DNA from: Capsulimonadaceae bacterium
GTDB taxonomy: Bacteria; Armatimonadota; Armatimonadia; Armatimonadales; Capsulimonadaceae
Reading direction: 5' to 3'
Assembly: GCA_965215505.1 (NCBI GenBank)
Contig: OZ244065.1
Span: 32,001 to 96,000 of the forward strand
DNA length: 64,000 nt
In this document: in pieces, positions 36,055-44,629 of the stretch
Layout: every line of letters begins with the position of its first letter
How positions within the stretch are numbered: position 1 is the first letter of the stretch
Made by a program: the position numbers and the translations under genes
Notes under the pieces: model-generated
The model's input: the letters and a program-made list of their open reading frames with translations, nothing else
Databases searched by the model: none
Told to the model about the DNA's origin: nothing

Positions 36055-37167
36055 CTATTTGCGCCACATGAACCCGGTGCCGCTGCGCCGGGGCGTCTCG
36101 ACCGCCGCCGGGTCCTCCTCCCGGCTCGCCGCCGGCGCGGCGCGCGGGTCGCGTGCCGCCATCACGGTCTCGTGGTCGAGCTGGCGGCGCTCCGGGGCCG
36201 GGGCGGCGGCCTCCAGGGCGGCCAGGAGGGGCGGATAAAGCTGGAGCAGCCGGTCCAGGCACTCGCGGGCCATCAGGAAGGCCTGGCCCATGGTCCACTC
36301 GGCCGTCTCCAAATAGTTCAGTGTGTCTTCCAAATAATCCACCGCCTCCTGGTAGATCCGCAGGCCGGGCGAGGGCAGGGCCAGAAGCTGGGCGCGCTGT
36401 GCGGCCAGGATGCCCCCGACGATGCCCATGTAGGCGCGCGGGGAGGCGTTCCCGTCCGCGACACCTGCCAGCGGTCCGAGTGACCCGGCCAGGGCGGTCG
36501 CGGCGGCGTAGCGCTGGACGGCCCCCGACGAGTGCTTGACCAGCAGGTCCAAAGCCTGCCGTGCGAGCGACCGCAGCTCCTGCTGAGAGCGCCACTGGCC
36601 GGCGTGGCTGGAAAGGAACATCGTCTCGGGGATAAAAGACCGGTCCAGGCTGAGGCCGGTCGTCGTCTTCTCGAACTGCGCGATCTGGACCCAGTCCACC
36701 GTGTCGTCGCCGTTGTCCGCGGCCAGACGGTAGGAGGCACGGATACCCCGGCACCCGAGCAGGCCGGTATCCACGGAGGAATGCAGGTGCGGCTCGGGGG
36801 CGCGCTCGGTAAGCGACGCGCCGACGTAGAGCGGCACGATGTTCGCCCGCGCCTCGACGGTGCCGCGCAGGGCGAGAGCCGGGTCGTCCGGAATTTCGAT
36901 GATCTGCCCCTGCCGCCCGACGGCCAGGCAGCCGCGCACGGCGACCGAGTACAGCCGGTCGCCCTCCGGACTGGGGCGGCTGACGGCGTCGTCGGCCAGA
37001 TGCAGCAGGCCCGCGACGCGCCCGCGCTGGAGGGTCCACCGCACCAGCTCCTCCAGGTAGAACGTCTCCTGCTTGAACTGTCCGGCCTGCATCAAGCGGA
37101 CGCTGTCCCAGTCCACGGAGACCAGATCGAACTTACGCATCAGGGGGAACCTCTTGAGAAATGTCAC
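36055..37167 (-). CDS. TssK-like baseplate subunit (divergent)
   Basis: VDWDSVRLMQAGQFKQET resembles the TssK N-terminal W..G....HF.Q motif; GCLAVGRQGQIIEI; DRSFIPETM; position after the TssF/G-like genes. Confidence 0.65.
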   Translation of the reverse strand: MTFLKRFPLMRKFDLVSVDWDSVRLMQAGQFKQETFYLEELVRWTLQRGRVAGLLHLADDAVSRPSPEGDRLYSVAVRGCLAVGRQGQIIEIPDDPALALRGTVEARANIVPLYVGASLTERAPEPHLHSSVDTGLLGCRGIRASYRLAADNGDDTVDWVQIAQFEKTTTGLSLDRSFIPETMFLSSHAGQWRSQQELRSLARQALDLLVKHSSGAVQRYAAATALAGSLGPLAGVADGNASPRAYMGIVGGILAAQRAQLLALPSPGLRIYQEAVDYLEDTLNYLETAEWTMGQAFLMARECLDRLLQLYPPLLAALEAAAPAPERRQLDHETVMAARDPRAAPAASREEDPAAVETPRRSGTGFMWRK

Positions 37168-37213
37168 TCAAAGAAATATACCCTATTTCGCGCCGGACTG
37201 AGAACACCCCGGC

Positions 37214-38827
37214 TCAGAGCGTGATCGGGTCGCCCGCCGGCCCGCCCCCGGCCGCCTTCGCCCCGAGCCGCGCCCCGGACTGGAACTCGTGCTGGAGGTA
37301 GGAGGGGCGGTCCAGGCGGGCCGCCGACTCGCGCCACAAGACCTCGACGCGGCAGCAGACCGGCAGGAACAGGCGCAGCAGCAGGGCCAGCGTCGCGCGC
37401 GCTTTCTCCGCGCCCTCGTCCTCATCCGACAGCGGCATTTCCAGGGTCACCCCAGGGTACTGGAGCAGGGCGGCCCCGCCCAGTACCGCCGTGCTGCCGA
37501 GCTGCGCCAGGAGTGTAGCGGGCCGGCTGAAGGCGGGCGCATAGCGCCGGGGGTGGACGACGACATCTGGGTGGATCAGCCGCCGCGCGGCGGTCTCGAA
37601 CAGGACGAACGGGTCGGCGGCCTCGCGCCGCCAGGCGACCAGCGACCAGAGCTGCGTCCGCTCCGTCTCGTCGAGCGCGCTCAGGTCCAGCGCGGCGTCG
37701 TCCGGGCCGCCCACGCCGAGAACGCCGCCCCCGTCTGCCCACTCTTCCAGGCGCGAGGCCAGCAGGGTGCGGGCGTTGCGCCCGCCGGTCACGGACAGGA
37801 ACCAGCCGTCCAGCCGGCCCGTCCCCGCCGCCCTCTGGTCGGAGATGCGGCCGTGTATCCAGCCGATCCCGGCGAGCGAATCAATAACGGCGGTCGCCAG
37901 CAGCGCCTCGGTCGTGACGACCTCCATCAGCTCGCGGACGATGAGCGCGCGCTCCCGCTCCGTCTCATGGGAGAGGGCCGTCAGCAGGGCGCGCAGGAGC
38001 GCGCGCTGCCCGTCCGCCTCGGCGGGGGTCAGCTCGGTCCACATGCCGTCTTCCGCCGCCATCTCGGGCAGCGCGCCGAACAGCAGCAATGCCCAGCGTT
38101 TCAGTGTCTCCGTGGCGGCGGGGCGGTCGCGGTCTTCCAGGCCTTCGATGCCGCGCGGCGGCAGCTTGTCGGCCATCAGGGGCCAGGCCAGCCGGCAGGC
38201 GGCGCGCAGGTCCGGGTCGGCGGCCCGCCGCGTCGCCGTCGCGATCAGGCCCGGTCGGCGGGCGGGGTCGGACTCGAATAAGACCCCGAGAACGTCGTCG
38301 GCCCCGACCTCCATCATGACGCGCTCTTCCGGCGTCGGCGTCCGCATCAGCTCGGGGTAGGAGGCGCAGACCTGCTGGGCCAGGTCTTCCAGTGGGGACT
38401 GCGGCCGGGCAGGCGGCGGGGCGCCCGGCAGCCCCGCCAGCAGGGGCGGCACGAAATGGGCCAGCCGACCCACGGTGCGGGTCACGCGCCGCTCCCCCCC
38501 GGCCTCGCCTTCCGGCACGAAATAATCCACGGTGTCCGCGCGCACGCTGACGGCGAGGCGCGGGCGGACCTCGGCCGGGATGACGTAGTGGACCGTCAGG
38601 CGCTCACTGAGCGGGTCATGGGAGGGGCCGGGCGGGTCCTGCGCGCGGACCTCGGGGTCGGCGAAGTGGCCGAGTTCGGGCAGCATCCGCAGGTTCTCTT
38701 CGGGGATGCCCAGGGCGTGAAGCGTCCTCCAAGCTTCCAGCAGGTAGCTCGGCCAGTTCAGCCCACTGAGCTGCGGGAATACGACCGTCCGTGCCGCCTT
38801 GTCCGGCGTCTCTTCGGCCTGGGTCAT
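37214..38827 (-). CDS. TssG-like baseplate wedge subunit (divergent, extended)
   Basis: ATG overlaps the stop of the upstream gene; C-terminal LGSTAVLGG...LLRLFLPVCCRVEV...ARLG pattern typical of TssG. Confidence 0.55.
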   Translation of the reverse strand: MTQAEETPDKAARTVVFPQLSGLNWPSYLLEAWRTLHALGIPEENLRMLPELGHFADPEVRAQDPPGPSHDPLSERLTVHYVIPAEVRPRLAVSVRADTVDYFVPEGEAGGERRVTRTVGRLAHFVPPLLAGLPGAPPPARPQSPLEDLAQQVCASYPELMRTPTPEERVMMEVGADDVLGVLFESDPARRPGLIATATRRAADPDLRAACRLAWPLMADKLPPRGIEGLEDRDRPAATETLKRWALLLFGALPEMAAEDGMWTELTPAEADGQRALLRALLTALSHETERERALIVRELMEVVTTEALLATAVIDSLAGIGWIHGRISDQRAAGTGRLDGWFLSVTGGRNARTLLASRLEEWADGGGVLGVGGPDDAALDLSALDETERTQLWSLVAWRREAADPFVLFETAARRLIHPDVVVHPRRYAPAFSRPATLLAQLGSTAVLGGAALLQYPGVTLEMPLSDEDEGAEKARATLALLLRLFLPVCCRVEVLWRESAARLDRPSYLQHEFQSGARLGAKAAGGGPAGDPITL

Positions 38828-40470
38828 GCCGCCACCCGGCCTTCGATGCGGAACGTGGAAAGCACGAAATACTGCGACAAGATGGAGGCGAGATAGTTCG
38901 CCATGTCCGTCAGCAGGAAGTCCGGGACCTCGGGAGGCGCGGCCCGCTCGAAGGTGATCCGCAGGCTCTGGACCAGCGGCACAGAGTCCGGGGAAGGTAC
39001 GCCTTCTCCTTCGAAGGTGGACTCGCGCGCAAGCACGGAGGGCCAGAGGTAGGAGCGCCAGTGGATGCCGCCCGTCTCGGGGTCGTTGACGATCTCGCGC
39101 ACGGCGGATCGGAATCGGAGCATCTCGCCCAGGTCGCCCCGCCGCTGCCGGATGATCTCCCACAGGTCCCCCTCGGTCAGCAGCGGCGGGCGCAGGACGC
39201 TGTGATACCAGGCCGTCCGCGCCCACTCGGCGCGGTCGGACGGCCCGCCCACCGTGGCCCCGCCCAGGGCGAGGTAAGGGATGCTGAACCGCAGCGGCGC
39301 TTTCTCCAGCGAGGTCGGCGTGTCCAGCATCCCCATCCGGCCCCGGCCCCAGGAGCCGTAATAGATTTTGACCTGCGTGACGCCCGCCTGCACCTGCGGG
39401 AACTGCACCTGTACGTCCGGCTCGGTCGCCGCCGGGTCCTGGCTCGGCAGGCGGACGAGCGAGGAGGGCACGTCCAGCCCGTCGTGCCGGACCGTGGCGG
39501 CGAAGATGCCGGGAACGCCGGTCATCCGCAGGGCGTGTTCCTGGCCGACGTGCGGAAAGGGGGGATAAAAGATGTTGTCCGACAGGCCCGTCTGGACCAC
39601 CGGGACCGCATTCAGACTGACCCAGGCGGGGCCGGAACGGCGCGCACCCAGCGCGCGCAGGGCGGCTGCGGCGTGTCCCTGGGGGGAGGGAACGACTCCC
39701 ACGAACCGGAAGCCCGACTCCAGGCCCCGGTCGAGTCGTTCCGAGGCCAGCAGCGGGTGGGGCGGCGCGTTGCCCGCGCCCATCCCCAGCCGGACCATTT
39801 TGCGCCCGTAAGGGTGAAAAGGCGGCAGCCACAGGTCGAGCTGGCGCTGGTTCATGCGCGCCGTCTGCATCTCGCGCTCGAAGGCCATGTAGCCGTCGTA
39901 GCGCGTGAAGGACGCCGGGCGGAACCCGGCACCGGGAGTCAGGACCCACCAGGAGGCGCGTGCGAGCGCGGCCAGGGCTTCCTCGGGGACGCCGAGGAAT
40001 GCGAGCTGGCCGCGCTCCAGGGTGATCTCGACCGGCTCGGTTCCGGGCTGGTCCACGTCAATGACGGCCAGACAGTTGCCCCCGGACCACTGCACGGCCG
40101 CATCGCGCAGGGCCGTCGGCTGAATCCAGCCCGCGCCGCAGGCCATCCAAGGGGAGCCGGCGGAGTCGGTGAACGTCAGGCCCTCCGTGACGTCGGTCGC
40201 ACGGGCGGGGGGGCGCACGGGGACGGCCAGAGTTTGTGCCGGGAACTTCCAGTCACCGAGCGGAAAAAACTGTTCCTCCAGGTGGGCGATGGACGACCGT
40301 TCGGCCTGAACGTAGTGTTCCTGGACTGCCCCCTTCCAGCCGGCGAGCATGGCGAGGAAGGGGGCGTAGTGTGTCTCGTAGTCTGCCACGACACGGTGGC
40401 GCATCTCGCGCGGGATGCGCGCGAGGATGTCGCGGACGTTGGGCGGGAGTTCGGTTTCGTCGTCAGCCAT
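38824..40470 (-). CDS. TssF-like baseplate wedge subunit (divergent)
   Basis: PAQTLAV, LNAVPVVQ (cf. TssF LNCxPxxN), ALGGA..GG, RPPLLTEGDL; 548 aa; follows the tube gene. Confidence 0.6.
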   Translation of the reverse strand: MADDETELPPNVRDILARIPREMRHRVVADYETHYAPFLAMLAGWKGAVQEHYVQAERSSIAHLEEQFFPLGDWKFPAQTLAVPVRPPARATDVTEGLTFTDSAGSPWMACGAGWIQPTALRDAAVQWSGGNCLAVIDVDQPGTEPVEITLERGQLAFLGVPEEALAALARASWWVLTPGAGFRPASFTRYDGYMAFEREMQTARMNQRQLDLWLPPFHPYGRKMVRLGMGAGNAPPHPLLASERLDRGLESGFRFVGVVPSPQGHAAAALRALGARRSGPAWVSLNAVPVVQTGLSDNIFYPPFPHVGQEHALRMTGVPGIFAATVRHDGLDVPSSLVRLPSQDPAATEPDVQVQFPQVQAGVTQVKIYYGSWGRGRMGMLDTPTSLEKAPLRFSIPYLALGGATVGGPSDRAEWARTAWYHSVLRPPLLTEGDLWEIIRQRRGDLGEMLRFRSAVREIVNDPETGGIHWRSYLWPSVLARESTFEGEGVPSPDSVPLVQSLRITFERAAPPEVPDFLLTDMANYLASILSQYFVLSTFRIEGRVAA

Positions 40471-40573
40471 GGGTGTCTTGGGGCGGAGGGCTGCTCCGGC
40501 GGGGTGTGGGCCGACGTGGAACGGGAGGGAGCGGTGACGCCCCCCCCCGTCCGAGTGATCTGCAAGATCCTGG

Positions 40574-41017
40574 TTACGCTGCGGGCGCTTCCGGCTCGCC
40601 GGCCTGCACCGAAAGGATGTTGTCGCCGGTGTAGTCCACGTTGTTCTGGATCATCACGCCCCGGATGACCACCTCGACGAAGTTGCCCTGGTCGGTGCCG
40701 TTCGTGGAACCCTCCGGGTACTCCTTCTCGATGTAGGAATGGACGTAGGACTTTTGCAATGTCCACATCTTCTTGACCGTGTGAGAGCGGTCCAGAGTCT
40801 GAAGCTCGACCGTCTTGAATCGCTTCGGCCCCTGCGGCGCGAGCGCCCACAGCGCGATCATGGTGTCATGGTCCAGGGGGAGCGTGACGGTGAACTGCAT
40901 CACCGGGACCTGGACCGCCTCGCGGACCTTCTTGTCTTCATCGAGGTCGTGGAGTATCTCCACCCTGGCGTCGAAGACGCGGTTGATCTTGGTTCCTTGA
41001 ATGGTTAGATTCGGCAT
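40574..41017 (-). CDS. Hcp/TssD-like tube protein
   Basis: 147 aa, beta-rich; IALWAL...KTVELQTLDR...KKMWTLQKSYVHSYIE resembles TssD W..K.G.I.F...AY...Y.E; AAAGGA RBS; directly after the sheath-like gene. Confidence 0.65.
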   Translation of the reverse strand: MPNLTIQGTKINRVFDARVEILHDLDEDKKVREAVQVPVMQFTVTLPLDHDTMIALWALAPQGPKRFKTVELQTLDRSHTVKKMWTLQKSYVHSYIEKEYPEGSTNGTDQGNFVEVVIRGVMIQNNVDYTGDNILSVQAGEPEAPAA

Positions 41018-41120
41018 CTCGAACTGTCCTTTCATCGGGAATGCACGGGGCACCACTGCGGCGCGAGGTGCTGCGGTCACCGGGGCGGCTCTCCCGCCCC
41101 GGTCGAGTCAGACCATGTTG

Positions 41121-43670
41121 TTAGAAGCTGATTCCGAACTCGTCTACCAGTCCCTGCTCGAAGTAGAGGACTATCTTGAAGTTGTTTCCCCCTTCGCGCT
41201 GCACCTTAAACTCCTGTCCGGTCTTGAGTGCGCTCGGGAACGAGTTGACGAGCTTCTCGGGGTCGTACCACTTGGTCCACTTCAGGATGTAGTTCAGGTG
41301 GTCCGACAGCATCCCGACCGCCTTCTCGTTGTCCTCGGGCATGGAGCCGCCGTAGCCCAGCTCCCAGGCCGCGCGCAGGAGCCGCTTGAGGTAGACCTCC
41401 TGGCGGAACAAGTGCAGGTGCCGGTAGGACTGCTCGCCATCCTCCTTGTGGAGCCGGCGCAGTGTGCGCGGCACCGAGAGGAACGGCGACCGGCCGGAGA
41501 CGTGGGTGAAGGCCAGAAACGGCATGCTGCTGCTCAGAAGCTCGCTCATCAGGCCGTCGTTCAGGAAGTGGTCGGTGGGCAGGTCGGTCTCGCCAAGGTA
41601 GGGGTTGATGGACAGGTCAATGCCGACGCCGGGCAGGTCGGACCGCATGGAGGTCACTTCCTTCTTGGCGCGCTGGAGCTTCCGGCGCAGATAGTCCGGC
41701 ACGTCGTTCGCCATCAGCCGCCCCGCCGCGACGTAGCAGGACCGGACGGTCAGCTCGGGCACGTCCACGCCGACCTCGATCCCGCCCTCGGCCGTCTTGC
41801 CGGTGACCAGCTTGCCGTCGGGCGGCATGATCGTGAAGTCGGGCAGGCACAGGATGCCGCAGTCGCCCGACTCGCGCTCCACCACGGCGTCTATGGCGTA
41901 GGCGTCGTTGAGGTTCTGCAAATACTCGCGCCGCGCCCGCCCCGCCTGGACGCGCTCCTCGGGCGAGAAGAGCACCTGGAAGCCGTACTGGTAGCCCCAA
42001 TCCATCAGCGGCAGCATCTCGTCTACATAGGTCGTCTTGCCGTAAGTGTCGGCGTCCGGCATGACCGCGTCCTGGGCGGCACGGATCGACTCCAGGAGGG
42101 GGTCATCCAGCATGATCGAGTTCTGCTTGCGCTTCGCGGGCCGCTTTTTCTTGAACTCGGCGACGTTCGGCACGATCACGAACGAGATGGCGTCGCGGAA
42201 CTGGTTGTTGGCCTGGGCGTTGGCCCCTTCGAAGAACCGCTTCAGCTCGTCGGGCCGCGACAGGAAGAGGTGGGGCAGGTCTTCGTTCGCGACGATCAGC
42301 TCCGGCTTCATGCTGTCCGGCAGGCGCACGTCGGAGGGGAATTCGTTGAACAGCAGATAGACGCCCATGATCGTCTCGAACAGCGGCGTGACCGTCTGGA
42401 GGAACGACTCGACGGCATTGCTGTAGACCCCGAGGAACATGTCGTGGTAGTGTTCCACGTCCCGGATGTCCGGGTTCAGCAGGGCCAGCTCTTTGGGGTT
42501 CTGCAAGACGGTCGCGACGAGGTTGCCCATGAGCGGGGCGATCATGCCCCGGTCAATCATCTTGTCCATGAATTTGCCGACCGCGATGGGGAACCGCTTC
42601 TCGTGGGGGACCAGGGCGATGTCCTGGCCGGCGACCAGCTTGCCCTGCTCGCGGATCTTGTCCAGCGCGGTGTCCAGGGTCCGCACCGTGATGGCCGTGC
42701 CCGTGGAGCCGCCCTCGGACTTGACCAGTTCGCCGCCCTCCTCGCCCTTGCCTTCCAGCAGCTTCTTTTCGCCCTCCAAGAGCTTCTTGCCCTTCTTGCC
42801 GTCTGCGGCGGGGGCTTCCAGCGCGGGCAGGGTGGGCATGGAGCGCGGCGAGGCGATCAGCGACCGGTCCTTGCCGAACTCGATCTGGTACACGTTGGGG
42901 TCGATCGGGCCGCCGCCGGGCGACTGGCGTTTCAGCTCGTTTGCGGTCTGTTCCAGCCCGTAGACGACGGTGGGCAGGACGCGGACGGTGTCTTCCAAGG
43001 CACCCTGGAAGTCGTCGGCGGCCACCTGATAGGCTTCGAGGGCACGGGCGGTGTCCTTGGAGGCGGGGTTGCGCTTGACTTCCAGCATCAGGCGGTCGTT
43101 CTTGACCTGGACGTCCTCGGCGATCTTCCGCATCAAGGTCCGCTGGTTTTTTGGCTTGAAGGCGAACAGGGAGGCGTCCACGTCCACGCGGAAGGTGGAG
43201 ACGTCCTGCCGGACCCGCTTCTTGATCAGGTCGCGCAGGCAGCGGATGTACGGGTGGTCGGCGCTGACGCGGATCTTCTTCCAGCCCGGCCCACCTTCCA
43301 GCGAGAACTCGATCTGCGGCGGGCCGGGCGCTTCCTCAACGGGGGACGCTTCTTCTCCTTCCGCGGCACCCGCCTGGGTCATCTGCGGGCCGCGGACGCG
43401 GTAGTAGAAGCCGGGCTGGAACTTGTCGAGGAACTCGGTGAAGGAGGTGACCGTCAGGTTCTCGCGCACCAGCGACAGGAACTGCTCCTCCGACATCTCC
43501 TCGACGCGGGAGAGCAGGCTGCCCAGCGAGGGGGTGTACTCCCGGTCGCGCTCCAGGGCCTCGGGGTCGAGGTACTCGTCGAGGTTGACCTTGGCGAAAA
43601 GGATCGCGCGGTTGGTCTTCCCCAACATGCTGCGGTTCGCTTCCATGATCGTCTCATTGGTGATTGGCAC
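41121..43670 (-). CDS. Contractile sheath-like protein (TssC-like C-terminal half, long N-terminal extension), 849 aa
   Basis: First gene of the structural operon, AAGGAG RBS; C-terminal FVIVPNV, ILCLPDFTI, SCYVAAGRLMA, PRTL resemble sheath motifs; position before tube and baseplate. Confidence 0.55.
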   Translation of the reverse strand: MPITNETIMEANRSMLGKTNRAILFAKVNLDEYLDPEALERDREYTPSLGSLLSRVEEMSEEQFLSLVRENLTVTSFTEFLDKFQPGFYYRVRGPQMTQAGAAEGEEASPVEEAPGPPQIEFSLEGGPGWKKIRVSADHPYIRCLRDLIKKRVRQDVSTFRVDVDASLFAFKPKNQRTLMRKIAEDVQVKNDRLMLEVKRNPASKDTARALEAYQVAADDFQGALEDTVRVLPTVVYGLEQTANELKRQSPGGGPIDPNVYQIEFGKDRSLIASPRSMPTLPALEAPAADGKKGKKLLEGEKKLLEGKGEEGGELVKSEGGSTGTAITVRTLDTALDKIREQGKLVAGQDIALVPHEKRFPIAVGKFMDKMIDRGMIAPLMGNLVATVLQNPKELALLNPDIRDVEHYHDMFLGVYSNAVESFLQTVTPLFETIMGVYLLFNEFPSDVRLPDSMKPELIVANEDLPHLFLSRPDELKRFFEGANAQANNQFRDAISFVIVPNVAEFKKKRPAKRKQNSIMLDDPLLESIRAAQDAVMPDADTYGKTTYVDEMLPLMDWGYQYGFQVLFSPEERVQAGRARREYLQNLNDAYAIDAVVERESGDCGILCLPDFTIMPPDGKLVTGKTAEGGIEVGVDVPELTVRSCYVAAGRLMANDVPDYLRRKLQRAKKEVTSMRSDLPGVGIDLSINPYLGETDLPTDHFLNDGLMSELLSSSMPFLAFTHVSGRSPFLSVPRTLRRLHKEDGEQSYRHLHLFRQEVYLKRLLRAAWELGYGGSMPEDNEKAVGMLSDHLNYILKWTKWYDPEKLVNSFPSALKTGQEFKVQREGGNNFKIVLYFEQGLVDEFGISF

Positions 43671-43710
43671 GGTCTCGTCTCCTTTGAGTTATCGCGGCGG
43701 GGCAAAAGCG

Positions 43711-43736
43711 GAATGGAAAGGCTGAATTGAAAGGCT
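43711..43736 (-). promoter_or_regulatory. 13-bp direct repeat upstream of the sheath-like gene
   Basis: Minus strand AGCCTTTCAATTC AGCCTTTCCATTC followed by a partial CGCTTTTGC. Confidence 0.45.
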
Positions 43737-43846
43737 AAACAGAAGTGCGCGAACAAAAAGAGTGTCGGGCCACCCTCACGACAATCATTCCCGTTTCCGG
43801 GCCGCCTGACACCTAACGAACGGGCGGATTTCGCGGCTGGTTTGAG

Positions 43847-44503
43847 TCACGCGGCGGAGCGGGCCACGAGCAGAAGCCACAGCCAGTAGCCAAGGCCCAG
43901 GCCGCCCCCCAGCGCGACCGCCAGCAGGACATAAGCCGGCCAGCCGGTGCGCGGGCGCAGGCGCAGAGTCGCCCGGTCCGGGAACGCTTTCTCCTCCTCC
44001 CAGGCCGGCCAGAGGGAGTGGGAGGCCAGCGACTTGTCGGGCGTCAGCCGGTGCCCGCGCCAGTCGCACAGGTCGAAGCAGCAGGGCCGCTCGGCCTTGT
44101 CAAGGATGAGCGCGACCACCCGGTCAATGCGGTCCTCGGCGTCCGCGTAGGTGTACTCAATGTTCCCGGCGACAAGCGTCGGCGGCCCGACTCGGTACAG
44201 GTCGCGCCGCAGCACCAAGGACAGCTCCGCGTAGGCCTGCCCCTCGCTCGTGAGCTGGGAGGCGAGGGAGGCGCTGCGCGGCAGGAACCTTTCGCCGAAC
44301 CAGAAGTGCCGCGAGATCCGCTCCAGGGCCTGCCGGGACCGGCGGACATCTTCATGGTTGATGCAGTCCTGGTATAGCTCCGCGAAGGTCGCGTGGAGCG
44401 GGTAGTCGCGCAGCCAGAACGGGCGGATGTCTGAAAGTTCCGGGATCGCGACCTTCACATCCACCGTACCCGTCCTGCCCGATTGTCCTGTCGAAATGCT
44501 CAT
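43847..44503 (-). CDS. C-terminally anchored membrane protein with putative tandem ubiquitin-like (YukD/EsaB-like) domains
   Basis: Two repeats ending FWFGERFLPRSASLA..LSLVLR and DWRGHRLTPDKSLA..LRLRP; C-terminal TM. Confidence 0.55.
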   Translation of the reverse strand: MSISTGQSGRTGTVDVKVAIPELSDIRPFWLRDYPLHATFAELYQDCINHEDVRRSRQALERISRHFWFGERFLPRSASLASQLTSEGQAYAELSLVLRRDLYRVGPPTLVAGNIEYTYADAEDRIDRVVALILDKAERPCCFDLCDWRGHRLTPDKSLASHSLWPAWEEEKAFPDRATLRLRPRTGWPAYVLLAVALGGGLGLGYWLWLLLVARSAA

Positions 44504-44629
44504 AACGGTTACCGGACACCCATTCGCCACCCGCCGACGGGATTCCTGCCCTCACTTTTTTCGGCCCGCCTGTAGGACATTCGGGCATCGGCGTTGAATA
44601 GGACGGGCAGCGACCGCGAGAGGATCAAC

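Noticed and set aside
38828-39949. N-terminal 374 aa of the 911-aa ORF 37214-39949
   Set aside because: R/P/G-rich off-frame read-through overlapping the TssF-like gene; the real start is ATG 38827, coupled to the upstream stop.
30802-43670. Interpretation as a prophage tail, tailocin or classical eCIS
   Set aside because: No capsid, terminase, integrase, lysis, tape-measure or tail-fibre genes seen; Eag + prePAAR effector and a TssK-like gene point to T6SS-type delivery.
41001-43730. 909-aa plus-strand ORF
   Set aside because: Antisense shadow of the 849-aa gene; typical of high-GC DNA, no motifs or RBS.
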